This document shows, piece after piece, positions 49,133-58,341 of a stretch of DNA of 64,000 nt. The DNA comes from Acidobacteriota bacterium (GTDB lineage: Bacteria > Acidobacteriota > Thermoanaerobaculia > Gp7-AA8). The notes beneath the pieces are model-generated. The model was given only the letters and a program-made list of their open reading frames with translations. It was not told the origin of the DNA and ran no database searches. How positions within the stretch are numbered: position 1 is the stretch's first letter; each line of letters starts with the position of its first letter. The stretch covers positions 48,522-112,521 of the forward strand of contig JACPDH010000011.1 in assembly GCA_016184115.1 (NCBI GenBank). Direction: 5' to 3'. The position numbers and the translations under genes are program-made.

Positions 49133-50420
49133 TCAGCCGCGCTTCTTCCGTTCCTCGCATATCTTGTCGAACCACTTCCGTACGTTGATCAGCCTCCATT
49201 CGTGCTTCGGCCTCTCCCATTCGAGGACGAAGTCGCGGCGCCGGAACTTCGGCCAGACGATTCCCTCGCCCTTGCCGCCGCCGAGGAGGACGTTTCCCTC
49301 GACGCCGAGCTTGCCGTCGGTGTCGAGCAGCCGGTCGAACGAGATCCGCTTGTCGGCGAAATGCGCGCAGGACTTCCCTTCGAGGCCCTTCACCGAGAGA
49401 ATCTTGTCGACGCGAGCGAGCCATGACTTCATCTCGGCGAAGACGGCGAGCACGGCGGGAGTGTCGCGCATCCGGAGGGAGATAACCCTGGCCAGTTCCA
49501 TCGATTCCGCGAATCGCACGCTGCCCCTGGTCACGCCTAACGGCATCCACCAGCCCGGCTCCACGGGAGCGCCTTCTCCAACGAGCTCGCCGTTGAAGAA
49601 CTTCACCTCCGTGCCGTCGAGGACCACCTCAAGGTGTTTCAGTTGCTGCCCGAAATCTTCATGATCGCATCCATGTCGAGCTTGCAGTCGAGGTCGCGAA
49701 ACCCGCCCGAGAGCGCGCGCCCGGTGATCTTGAGTCAGCCGTTCGCCGGCTTGTCCGGTCCCGTCGACACGAGCCGCTCGCGCCCCTGTCGAACTACAGA
49801 CCGAGCGCCTCCGCGATCCAGACGCCAAGGCCCGACACATCGGGCGTCTCCGAGTCGGGAAGCTCGATGACGGCGCGCACTACGTCGACCGGATTGCCGA
49901 GCCTGAAGTTGAGCGCGTCGACCTTTGCGACGAAGCTGCGCCCCTTCGCGATGGGAAGCTTGTCGCTCCCGCGCCCGAAGCAGAAGTCGTCGAGTACGAG
50001 CTCGACGTGCGTCGTGTCGCCCTTCCACGATACGTTGCGGTTGGAGGCGAGGTGACCGGAGCCGTTCGTCACGAGCTCCATGAAGTCGATTGGGAGATCG
50101 TCCGCTTTCACGTCAAGCGTCGATTGCGTTCGGCCGCCCTACGTTGATAGGAAGGTGCTCCGGAACGCCCGAGCCACTGAGGCCGTTCATCCATCCGGTG
50201 CCGGCGAAGAACGCCTGGAGCGGAGCGAGCGAACGGTTGCATACATGGACGTGGAGCGTCCCGGACAAATGTTTGGGTGGCTCCCAGTGTTGGTCGACAC
50301 GCGGGTCGAGCGAGGTTATGCCACCGCGGAAGGTGAGGCTAACCCCCTGCGTTCCGGCGTCGTTGCCGCCGAGACTGACGCTCGCTGCGTTCCAGCGAAA
50401 TCGCTGTCGCGAAGCTCCAT
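49133..50420 (-). pseudogene. Degraded gene for a large beta-rich uncharacterised protein
   Basis: Protein-like, GC3-rich segments continue across about four reading frames with internal stops (FRWNAASVSL..., STLDVKADDLPIDF..., G*LKITGRALSGGF..., LEVVLDGTEVK...WRLINVRKWFD). Confidence 0.6.
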
Positions 50421-50939
50421 CCTCTGATCACCGACTCGGCGGCGGGAGGGCGCGCACGCGTTCCCCTCCGGAAACCAGAGGAACGGCGGAATGGTGCGGG
50501 TCTTCCCCGACAACACCGCCGCGGACCTCGATAACCCGCGCATCGAGAACATCACTGAGTGGCTCGCGAGGTATTGCGACAAGGCTGCCGGCATCGTCAC
50601 GTACGCGCCCGCGACCGACGCCACGCACGCCGCGATAACCGTTCACACGCAGAACCTGGGTGACGGGCCCTCGATCACCTCGTTGCATGCCGAGACGATG
50701 CGGTCAACCAATCTGGCCGTGCTAATGACTGGCGGGCTGACGGAGTCCAGGTCGACGTACCGGTGTGCGCGTTCGGCCCCGGCGCGACGCAGTTCGCTCG
50801 CGTTTCGGACGACTCGGAGCTCTTCTTCTACATCGTTGACGCGCTGCCGGGGAATTGCGGAGCGCCGTAGCCACTCGAACGGTCGATGCGCGCGACGACG
50901 CGCAAGTGTGTCGCGCCGACCGATGGTCGGAGCCGACGC

Positions 50940-51233
50940 CTAACCGCACCACGCGGACGTAAGGGCTGACGGGTGATCGAGGACATAGCCGTCCTCTACG
51001 TCACTCCACCGGATCACCGCCCCATCGAGGTTGCGGTTCGCCATCTCGTCGAGCGCGATGGTCACGCCGTCGATCGACATCACGATGTCTCCCTCATACG
51101 GCGCGTCGGCGGAAGCGAGCCTGTACCCGCTTCCGCCGCAACCGGTGGTAAAGGAGATGCGCAGGATCTTGCCGTCGAGCTCGTCGGTGAGCGGCCCGAG
51201 TGCACCCGCGTCGATCGAGATCGCGCCCGTCAT
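50940..51233 (-). CDS. HesB/IscA-like A-type Fe-S carrier, degenerate
   Basis: LRISFTTGCGGSGY, IDGVTIALD, LDGAVIRW, HPSA..WCG; 4-nt overlap with upstream gene. Confidence 0.75.
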   Translation of the reverse strand: MTGAISIDAGALGPLTDELDGKILRISFTTGCGGSGYRLASADAPYEGDIVMSIDGVTIALDEMANRNLDGAVIRWSDVEDGYVLDHPSALTSAWCG

Positions 51234-51724
51234 TCCGCGCCGTGGACGATCACGTCTTCGGCGTCCTCGCGGTCCAGCCAGTTCTTGTTGAGCTTCGCGA
51301 GCTCGAGCTCGCGCTCGAGGTAGGCGACGTGCGCGCGCTTCGTGGCGCCGAGGTAGTGATAGAGGTTCTTCTCCGTTGCAGGTGCGCTCTGCGAGAGCTC
51401 GGAAAGCTTCTTCTCCATCGTCCGTTCGCGCATGAGGAGCATCTCGAGCTTCTCGCGATCGGTCGCGTCACCCTCGAAGACGTCCTGGAAGCGAAGGTCG
51501 GAGCCGAGCGTCAGCGGCACGCGAACCGCGCCTGCGCGCAGATATCGGATCTCGAGCAGATCGCGGTTCAGGCGCTCGTCTTCGGCGAAGCGCTTGAACG
51601 TCGCTGCCGACATCGGGTTGTGAAGGATCTCTGCGAACTTCTGAAACTGCTTGTACGCCTCCACGGTGTACTGGAAGACGAACGCGAGCTGCTGGTCGTT
51701 CTCTGTCATCGTTGCGGTTGCCAT
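51230..51724 (-). CDS. Ferritin/rubrerythrin-like four-helix bundle protein
   Basis: Duplicated helix pairs FKRFAEDERLNRDLL and LYHYLGATKRAHVAYLE. Confidence 0.65.
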   Translation of the reverse strand: MATATMTENDQQLAFVFQYTVEAYKQFQKFAEILHNPMSAATFKRFAEDERLNRDLLEIRYLRAGAVRVPLTLGSDLRFQDVFEGDATDREKLEMLLMRERTMEKKLSELSQSAPATEKNLYHYLGATKRAHVAYLERELELAKLNKNWLDREDAEDVIVHGAE

Positions 51725-51738
51725 TCTCGAGGACCTCT

Positions 51739-52017
51739 CTACTCGATTTTCGCGACCTTCACGGTCACGTCGCCGAGGAGCTGCGCCTGACAGCTGAGCC
51801 GGAACGGCTCCTCGAGCTCTTTGTACGTTTCGTCGGGAGTCGGCGGCGAGAGATTCTCCCATCCTTCGACCACCTCGATGCGGCAGGTGCCGCACGCTCC
51901 GTCGCCTCCACAAACCTGGCTGACGTTAACCCCCATCGCGTTCGCGCAGATGAGAATCCGTGATCCGGTATCGAACTCCTGACTGATTCCGGCATCCTGA
52001 AATGTCAGCTTCGGCAT
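51739..52017 (-). CDS. 2Fe-2S ferredoxin
   Basis: CGGDGACGTC...RLSCQ. Confidence 0.93.
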   Translation of the reverse strand: MPKLTFQDAGISQEFDTGSRILICANAMGVNVSQVCGGDGACGTCRIEVVEGWENLSPPTPDETYKELEEPFRLSCQAQLLGDVTVKVAKIE

Positions 52018-52025
52018 GCGGACCG

Positions 52026-52943
52026 CTATTCGGCGGGAGATTGTAGTGCACGGTGCGCCATATAGGAACTTCGTACGAGCGGCGCCGATTCGACGTGATG
52101 AAAACCGAGCGCCCGAGCCCGCTCTCCCAGCTGGGCAAACTCCTCGGGTGTGTAGTACTTCCTGACGGGGTGGTGCTCTCCGGTCGGGGCGAGATATTGG
52201 CCGAGGGTGAAGATGTCGACGCCGGATGCGCGAAGGTCGCGAGCGACCGCGATTACCTCGTCGTCCGTTTCGCCAAGCCCGAGCATGATGCTCGATTTCG
52301 TCAGCATCCCGGGGCTCCGCTCTTCGTGGGCCCAACGCAGGATGTCGAGCGAGCGCTCGTACTTCGCTACGGGGCGGACTTGCGCGTAAAGCCGTGGCAC
52401 GGTCTCGATGTTGTGAGCCAGCACTTCCGGGTTCGACGCGATCACAACGCGGAGAGCCTCACGGTTCCCTTCGAGGTCAGAAATCAATACCTCGACTGCC
52501 GCGCCAGTCCTCACCCGAACCGCCTCGACCGTGCGTGCGAAGTGCGCCGCGCCGCCATCACTGAGGTCGTCGCGGTTCACCATCGTGATGACCGCGTGGC
52601 GAACGCCCATCTTCTCCACGGCCGCAGCGACACGCTCCGGCTCGTCTGACTCGACCTCGCGAGGTGTGCCGCGGCCGACAGCACAGAATGTGCAACGGCG
52701 AGTACAGATGTCGCCGAGGATCATGAACGTCGCCGTGCCGGCTCCCCAGCACTCGAAGATGTTCGGGCAGCGTGCTTCCTGGCAGACGGTGTTGAGCGCG
52801 AGATCGTTGATCAGGCCGGTCACAGGAAGCCGCTCGAGGTCCCCCGGAACGCGAATCTTGAGCCATGCGGGGCGGTGGCCCGCCCGCTTGTTCACGGGAT
52901 TCGAAGTGTGCGGCGTATCGCCGGGAATGCCGGAGTCTCTCAT
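52026..52943 (-). CDS. lipA: Lipoyl synthase
   Basis: CQEARCPNIFEC, CTRRCTFC, RSSY. Confidence 0.97.
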   Translation of the reverse strand: MRDSGIPGDTPHTSNPVNKRAGHRPAWLKIRVPGDLERLPVTGLINDLALNTVCQEARCPNIFECWGAGTATFMILGDICTRRCTFCAVGRGTPREVESDEPERVAAAVEKMGVRHAVITMVNRDDLSDGGAAHFARTVEAVRVRTGAAVEVLISDLEGNREALRVVIASNPEVLAHNIETVPRLYAQVRPVAKYERSLDILRWAHEERSPGMLTKSSIMLGLGETDDEVIAVARDLRASGVDIFTLGQYLAPTGEHHPVRKYYTPEEFAQLGERARALGFHHVESAPLVRSSYMAHRALQSPAE

Positions 52944-54019
52944 CGGTCGCTCAGAATCGTCCGCCGGAGCAACTCGAGCGCTTCGCGGTCGTCGGACCAG
53001 CGAATCGCATCGAGGGCGGCTTCGATCGTAAACCACGCGCTCGCCGCGTGTTCTTCCGCATCGATTGCGACGGGGGCGTCAGCCGGTACGCGGGCCACGA
53101 ATGTATGCTCGTCAGCGAATCTCGCGGACGAACCCTCGGGAAGATATGAGGCGTCAATCAGAAACGACTGAGTGAGGCCAAGCGGTGCGATTGGCGCCTC
53201 TAAGCCCGTTTCTTCGAACATCTCTCGTATTGCCGCATCGTGAGGAGTCTCGCCGGCCTCGATTCGACCCGTCACCGGCTGCCAGTTGCCGCCTGCTGAC
53301 GGGGTTCGTCGGAGCAGCAGCACCCGTTCTCCGTCGTGGATCACGACCTTCACGACTGGCATTGCGTCCCGTCGTTCGACGATCTGGCGATCAAAGACAT
53401 TGGCGAAGTGCCGCACGATACTGTCGCGCACCGCGTCGAGCGGCGGCGCCTCACCGAGGAGACGCTGAAGCGACGTGACGCCGACGCCCTGCAGTCCGCA
53501 CGGCGTGATGAGCTGGTAATGCGACATGTCGGGGGAGACGTTGAACGCGAATCCATGTGAGGTAACCCAGCGCGCGACGCGGACTCCGATCGCAGCGAGC
53601 TTGTCGGCCCCGACCCAGATGCCGCGGTTGATTTCCCAGCGCCGCGCGCTGACATCGAAGTCGCTCGCGGTGCGGATCAGCACCTCTTCGATCGACTCGA
53701 CGTACTTCCGAATGTCGCGGCGACCTTCACCGAGGTGGATGATCGGGTAGCCTACGATTTGACCAGGGCCGTGGTAGGTGATGTCACCGCCGCGCGTCGT
53801 TTCGTAAAAGCGAACGCCTCGCTGCGAGAGGAGCTCATTCGTCGCCAGCAGGTTGGATTGCTGCCCCGAGCGCCCCATCGTAATCACGGGCGGATGCTCG
53901 AGCAGCAGCAGCTGGTCGGGGATCTCGTCGCGCTGTCGCCGCGCTACCAGATCCTCCTGCATCCGCATCCCGTTCTCGTACGTGACGCGGTGGAGGCGCC
54001 GTACCTCACAGACTCTCAA
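52940..54019 (-). CDS. lipB: Octanoyltransferase LipB fused to a C-terminal Nudix hydrolase
   Basis: EHPPVITMG, RGGDITYHGPGQ, KLAAIG, PCG; then WQPVTGRIEAGE..AAIREMFEETG. Confidence 0.93.
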   Translation of the reverse strand: MRVCEVRRLHRVTYENGMRMQEDLVARRQRDEIPDQLLLLEHPPVITMGRSGQQSNLLATNELLSQRGVRFYETTRGGDITYHGPGQIVGYPIIHLGEGRRDIRKYVESIEEVLIRTASDFDVSARRWEINRGIWVGADKLAAIGVRVARWVTSHGFAFNVSPDMSHYQLITPCGLQGVGVTSLQRLLGEAPPLDAVRDSIVRHFANVFDRQIVERRDAMPVVKVVIHDGERVLLLRRTPSAGGNWQPVTGRIEAGETPHDAAIREMFEETGLEAPIAPLGLTQSFLIDASYLPEGSSARFADEHTFVARVPADAPVAIDAEEHAASAWFTIEAALDAIRWSDDREALELLRRTILSDR

Positions 54020-54662
54020 CGTTTCTCCTCCCGGAGAGGTAGAGCCCCGTGGCGACGTCGTAAAGAAAGTGAACGATCACTGGCAAGAGAAGCGAGCCGG
54101 TCTTCAGCGCGAGGAACTGGAATCCGAGCCCGAACACTGCAATCACGAACGCGCTCATCCAGCCCTGCGCGAGATGCGCTGCAGCGAAAACGATCGTGCC
54201 AATCAGCGCAGCAAGCCACCAGTTGTGCAGTTGCCCGTCGAGAAGCGTGAAGAGCACTCCTCGGTATGTGAGCTCCTCGCCGAACGCGGCAAATGCTGAG
54301 ACGAAGATCCAGAAGATCCGCTCTCCGAATGTGACAGGCACGATCATGTAGATGCGGTCGAGCGTATCGTCACTGCCAAAGCGTGTGGCGACGAGCATCG
54401 TCGCAAGCGCGGCGAGGAGCATGCCTCCCGCGAGCATCATGTGCGCCGTTTCGGGGCGCGGCGCGACCAGCAAGGCGATGCCATTCGCCGCGGCGACACC
54501 GAAGGAAAGCGCCAGCAGCACCGATTGCGTGATGACCCCTTCCAGGTAGAGGGGAACTCGAGGCAACCGAAGGCCGGCGTCGAGCTTGCGCTTACCCGCG
54601 AGCGCGAGCGCCGGCACTCCAAGTCCGATCAGTGCGAGAAAGACGGCCGCGGAGGCAGTCAC
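54006..54662 (-). CDS. CPBP/CAAX-type intramembrane protease
   Basis: EELTYRG, FAAAH, HFLYD. Confidence 0.88.
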   Translation of the reverse strand: MTASAAVFLALIGLGVPALALAGKRKLDAGLRLPRVPLYLEGVITQSVLLALSFGVAAANGIALLVAPRPETAHMMLAGGMLLAALATMLVATRFGSDDTLDRIYMIVPVTFGERIFWIFVSAFAAFGEELTYRGVLFTLLDGQLHNWWLAALIGTIVFAAAHLAQGWMSAFVIAVFGLGFQFLALKTGSLLLPVIVHFLYDVATGLYLSGRRNVESL

Positions 54663-54664
54663 GG

Positions 54665-55966
54665 TCAGAGCGAGAACTGTCCGCCTTCGATCGTCTTTGT
54701 GATCTCCGCCATGAACTGATCGGCCACCGCGCCGTCGATGAGGCGGTGATCGAACGTCAGCGAGAGGTGGCACATCGAGCGGATGGCGATCGCATCACCA
54801 TCATCGGTCTCGATGACGACCGGGCGCTTCTTCACGCCGCCGACTCCGAGAATCGCGACCTGCGGCTGGTTGATGATCGGGAGGCCGTAGAGACCTCCGT
54901 AGATCCCGGGATTCGTGATCGTAAACGTCCCACCCTGAACTTCGGACGGGTTCAGCTTCTTGCCGCGAGCCCGCTCACCAAGATCGTTGATCGCGCGCGC
55001 CAGTCCGAGGATGTTCTTTTCGTCCGCGTTGCGAAGGACGGGAACGATGAGCCCCCAGTCGAGCGCGACGGCGATCCCGATGTTGATCTCGTTGTGGTAG
55101 ACCACGTTGTCGCCGTCGATCGACGCGTTGAGCACCGGAAACTGGCGCAGCCCGCGCATGATCGCGTGAACGATGAAGGGGAGGAAGGTCAGCTTCGCTC
55201 CGCGCTCCGCGTACGACTCCTTGTTGCGCCTGCGAAGGCGGTCGATCTCCGTGAAGTCGAGCTCCCAGACCGTTGAGACGTGTGCCGAGGTGCGCTTCGA
55301 GGAGACCATGTGGTCGGCGATCTTCTTGCGCATCACCGACATTGGTTCCACGCGGAATCGCTCACCGGGGGCAAACGTCATCGCAGGCGGAGGGGGTACT
55401 GACGCTGCTGCGACGGGGGCTGGAGCGGCCGGAGCCGAAGTGCGGGGTTGCTCGATGTAGGTCAGAATGTCGTTCTTCGTGACGCGACCCGAGAGGCCGG
55501 AGCCCGCGATCTGCGAGATATCGACGTTGTTCTCCGCGGCGATCTTCCGCACGAGAGGTGACGACTTCTCGCGGCGGCGATCTTCGACGGTCGGTTCCGC
55601 AGCGGAGGCCGCAACGACGGGCGCTGCTGGAGTGGGCGCGGCGGGCTGGGTGGGAACGGCGGCGACGGGCGCCGCTGCCGGCGTCGCGAGTGGTTCGGCT
55701 TTCGAGGGAGCCTGCGCAGTTGCCTCGCCCTCGGCTGCGATCCGCGCGACGACAGAATTCACTGCGACGGTCTCGCCCTCCTTCGCGAGAATCTCGGCGA
55801 GCACGCCCGCGGAGGGTGCGGGGATCTCGGCGTCGACTTTGTCGGTCGAGATCTCGAGCAGCGGTTCGTCGCGGGTCACCTTGTCTCCAACCTTCTTGAT
55901 CCAGCGGGAGATCGTTCCTTCCGCAATCGATTCACCCATCTGCGGCATCACGACATCAACGGCCAT
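54665..55966 (-). CDS. 2-oxoacid dehydrogenase E2 (dihydrolipoamide acyltransferase)
   Basis: Lipoyl domain STDKVDAE, E3-binding domain SPLVRK..GRVTKND, DHRLIDG. Confidence 0.95.
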   Translation of the reverse strand: MAVDVVMPQMGESIAEGTISRWIKKVGDKVTRDEPLLEISTDKVDAEIPAPSAGVLAEILAKEGETVAVNSVVARIAAEGEATAQAPSKAEPLATPAAAPVAAVPTQPAAPTPAAPVVAASAAEPTVEDRRREKSSPLVRKIAAENNVDISQIAGSGLSGRVTKNDILTYIEQPRTSAPAAPAPVAAASVPPPPAMTFAPGERFRVEPMSVMRKKIADHMVSSKRTSAHVSTVWELDFTEIDRLRRRNKESYAERGAKLTFLPFIVHAIMRGLRQFPVLNASIDGDNVVYHNEINIGIAVALDWGLIVPVLRNADEKNILGLARAINDLGERARGKKLNPSEVQGGTFTITNPGIYGGLYGLPIINQPQVAILGVGGVKKRPVVIETDDGDAIAIRSMCHLSLTFDHRLIDGAVADQFMAEITKTIEGGQFSL

Positions 55967-56040
55967 TTCGGTTCCTCACTCAGGTGTTGTTCTTCGCACT
56001 GCTCTGATCGAGCCAGGAGGCATACGATACCGCAGTCGCA

Positions 56041-57042
56041 TCAGTAACGAAGCAGCTCTTTCGCCGCGGCAATCAGTTTGGCTTTGCTCGGGCGATGAAA
56101 GTCCTCGAGCTGCGGCGCGTAGGGCGTCGGCGTGTCGAGCGACGCGACGCGCTTGATCGGCGCGTCGAGCCAGTCGAACGCCTTCTCGGCGATGCGCGCC
56201 GAGAACTCCGCACCGACGCCGCCAGTGAGCGGCGCCTCGTATAAGACGATCGCGCGGTTCGTCTTCGCGACCGACTCGAGCATCGTCTCCTCGTCGAACG
56301 GAAGGATCGAGCGCATGTCGAGCACTTCCACGCTCACACCGTCCTTCGCAAGCTCTTCCGCTGCTTCCTCCGCGAGATAGATCATCGCGCCGTAGGTGAT
56401 GATTGTCAGGTCGCGTCCCTCACGCCGGACTTTCGCCTTGCCGATCGGCACGACGAAGTCGTCTGCGGGCAGATCCTCCTTGACGCGCCGATAGAGGAAC
56501 TTGTGCTCGAGGAAGAGAACCGGATCCTCGTCGCGAATCGCTGCCTTGAGTAGCCCCTTCGCGTCGTACGCGGTACCCGGGTAGACGATCTTCAAGCCAG
56601 GGATGTTGAAGAAATAGGCTTCCGGGTTGCCGGAGTGAAAGGGGCCACCACGGACTCCGCCACCGGCGGGGCCTCGAACGACGATGGGGCAGCCGCCGTT
56701 GCCGCGATAACGCGACGTCGCGGCAAAGCTCGACAGCATGTCGAAGGTGACGGTGATGAAGTTGATGAACTGCATCTCGGCGATCGGGCGCATGCCCATC
56801 AGCGCCGCGCCGCAGGCCGCGCCGGTGATCGCGACCTCGGAGATCGGCGTGTCGATCACGCGACCAGGGCCGAACTCGTCGATGAGCCCGGAGCTCGTCT
56901 TGAATGCTCCGCCGAAGGCACCAACGTCCTCGCCGATCAGGAAGACGCGTGGGTCGACGAGCATTTCCTCGCGCATTGCTTGCCGGATGGCGTCGATGTA
57001 GAAGGTGTCGCCTCCGGCCTTTGGAATCAGGTTCTCGCTCAT
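56041..57042 (-). CDS. 2-oxoacid dehydrogenase E1 beta subunit
   Basis: GEDVG..GG, DTPISE, EMQF, GGPFHS, EHKFLY. Confidence 0.94.
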   Translation of the reverse strand: MSENLIPKAGGDTFYIDAIRQAMREEMLVDPRVFLIGEDVGAFGGAFKTSSGLIDEFGPGRVIDTPISEVAITGAACGAALMGMRPIAEMQFINFITVTFDMLSSFAATSRYRGNGGCPIVVRGPAGGGVRGGPFHSGNPEAYFFNIPGLKIVYPGTAYDAKGLLKAAIRDEDPVLFLEHKFLYRRVKEDLPADDFVVPIGKAKVRREGRDLTIITYGAMIYLAEEAAEELAKDGVSVEVLDMRSILPFDEETMLESVAKTNRAIVLYEAPLTGGVGAEFSARIAEKAFDWLDAPIKRVASLDTPTPYAPQLEDFHRPSKAKLIAAAKELLRY

Positions 57043-57070
57043 GTCGATCGTCTCGCTATCGCGCCGCGCG

Positions 57071-58096
57071 CTATCGCGGCTCATCCCAGAAACCGTCGCC
57101 GTGATAGACGCCGCGCGCTGCATCCTCCGCGATCGGGGCGAGGGACCGCTCCGCCTCGTCGACCGCTTCGTCGAGCTCGTGCTTCACGCTCGCCTGGATT
57201 GACGCGAGGTCGTCGGCCGTCGCGACCCCGCTTTCGAGAATCGCACGCTCATACCGGTCGACCGGATCCTTCTGCTTCCATTCCTCGATCAGCTCTTTCG
57301 GTACGTACGACTGGTTGTCGTGCTCGGCGTGTCCCTTCATTCGAAATGTCACGACTTCGAGCAGGGTGACGCCTCCGCCCCCTCGTGCACGGTCGACCGC
57401 GCGCTTCGCGGCCGCATAGGTCGCGAGAACGTCATTGCCATCGACGGTCTCCCCGGTGGCGCCCACGCCTAACGCCCTGTCTGCGAGGCGCGTCGCAAGC
57501 GTCTGCTTCACCGTGGGCGTCGAATACGCGTAGCCGTTATTCTCGAGCACGATAACGAGCGGGAGCTTCATCACCGTCGCGAAGTTGGGCCCCTCGGCGA
57601 AGGCGCCGGTCGATGCCCCGCCGTCGCCGATGTGTACCATCCCAACCATGTTCTTGCCCTGCATCCGCCCTGCGAGCGTGACCCCTGCCATCACCGGGAT
57701 CATCGCGCCGAGTGGCGAGACCGGACCCATGAAGCCACGAGCGAAGTCTTTGATGTGAATATTGAGCTCGCGCCCGCGGCTGAGCGAGTTTCCCTTCGCC
57801 ATGTACTGGCGGAGGATCTCGACGGGGCGCGCACCCGCGACGAGGAGCGACCCCATGTTACGGATCAGCGGCGATACGATGTCTCCTTGCGCGAAATCGA
57901 GTGCGGTCGCGCACGCGACCGATTCGCCTTCCTGTCCCAGGGAACGGTAGATGCCGCCGATGACCTTGCTCTGCCTGAAGAGCGAGACGATCCGTTCCTC
58001 GAGGGAACGCGTAAGGCGAAGGTGGTACTCGATCTGAAGCAAACGCTCGCGCGAGAGGCCATAACCGGCCTCGATGGAAGCTGCAGTCAGCGTCAC
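57071..58096 (-). CDS. 2-oxoacid dehydrogenase E1 alpha subunit
   Basis: GQEG, GDGG...ENNGYAYST ThDP motif, RMKGHAEHD. Confidence 0.94.
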   Translation of the reverse strand: MTLTAASIEAGYGLSRERLLQIEYHLRLTRSLEERIVSLFRQSKVIGGIYRSLGQEGESVACATALDFAQGDIVSPLIRNMGSLLVAGARPVEILRQYMAKGNSLSRGRELNIHIKDFARGFMGPVSPLGAMIPVMAGVTLAGRMQGKNMVGMVHIGDGGASTGAFAEGPNFATVMKLPLVIVLENNGYAYSTPTVKQTLATRLADRALGVGATGETVDGNDVLATYAAAKRAVDRARGGGGVTLLEVVTFRMKGHAEHDNQSYVPKELIEEWKQKDPVDRYERAILESGVATADDLASIQASVKHELDEAVDEAERSLAPIAEDAARGVYHGDGFWDEPR

Positions 58097-58323
58097 GTGA
58101 ATCTCCTCGCTCCGTCGGACCGCGGAGCGCGCGGATCGTAACCTGAATCTCGCCGTCGCGCCAGTCGTTGCGACGCGTTCTCGCAGTCAGCAGGGTCGTG
58201 GCAACAGCCTTTGACCTGGTGGCAACGGCCTCCGGCCGTTGCGGCGGCGCAAAGCGCCGCACCGACGACGAGTCGAGGGAGAGTGCGGCGCTTCGCGCCG
58301 CGAAGGCCGGAGGCCTCCGCCAC
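58093..58323 (-). CDS. Putative small Cys/His-rich protein
   Basis: Fills the gap between thrC and E1 alpha; GTGA overlap with the E1 alpha start; CHQVKGCCHDPADC. Confidence 0.45.
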   Translation of the reverse strand: MAEASGLRGAKRRTLPRLVVGAALCAAATAGGRCHQVKGCCHDPADCENASQRLARRRDSGYDPRAPRSDGARRFT

Positions 58324-58341
58324 GACCTGCGGGCGCCGCTA

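Noticed and set aside
50940-50948. Selenocysteine recoding restoring the IscA CxC motif
   Set aside because: The stop is TAG, not TGA, and the downstream sequence does not resemble the GxSF tail.
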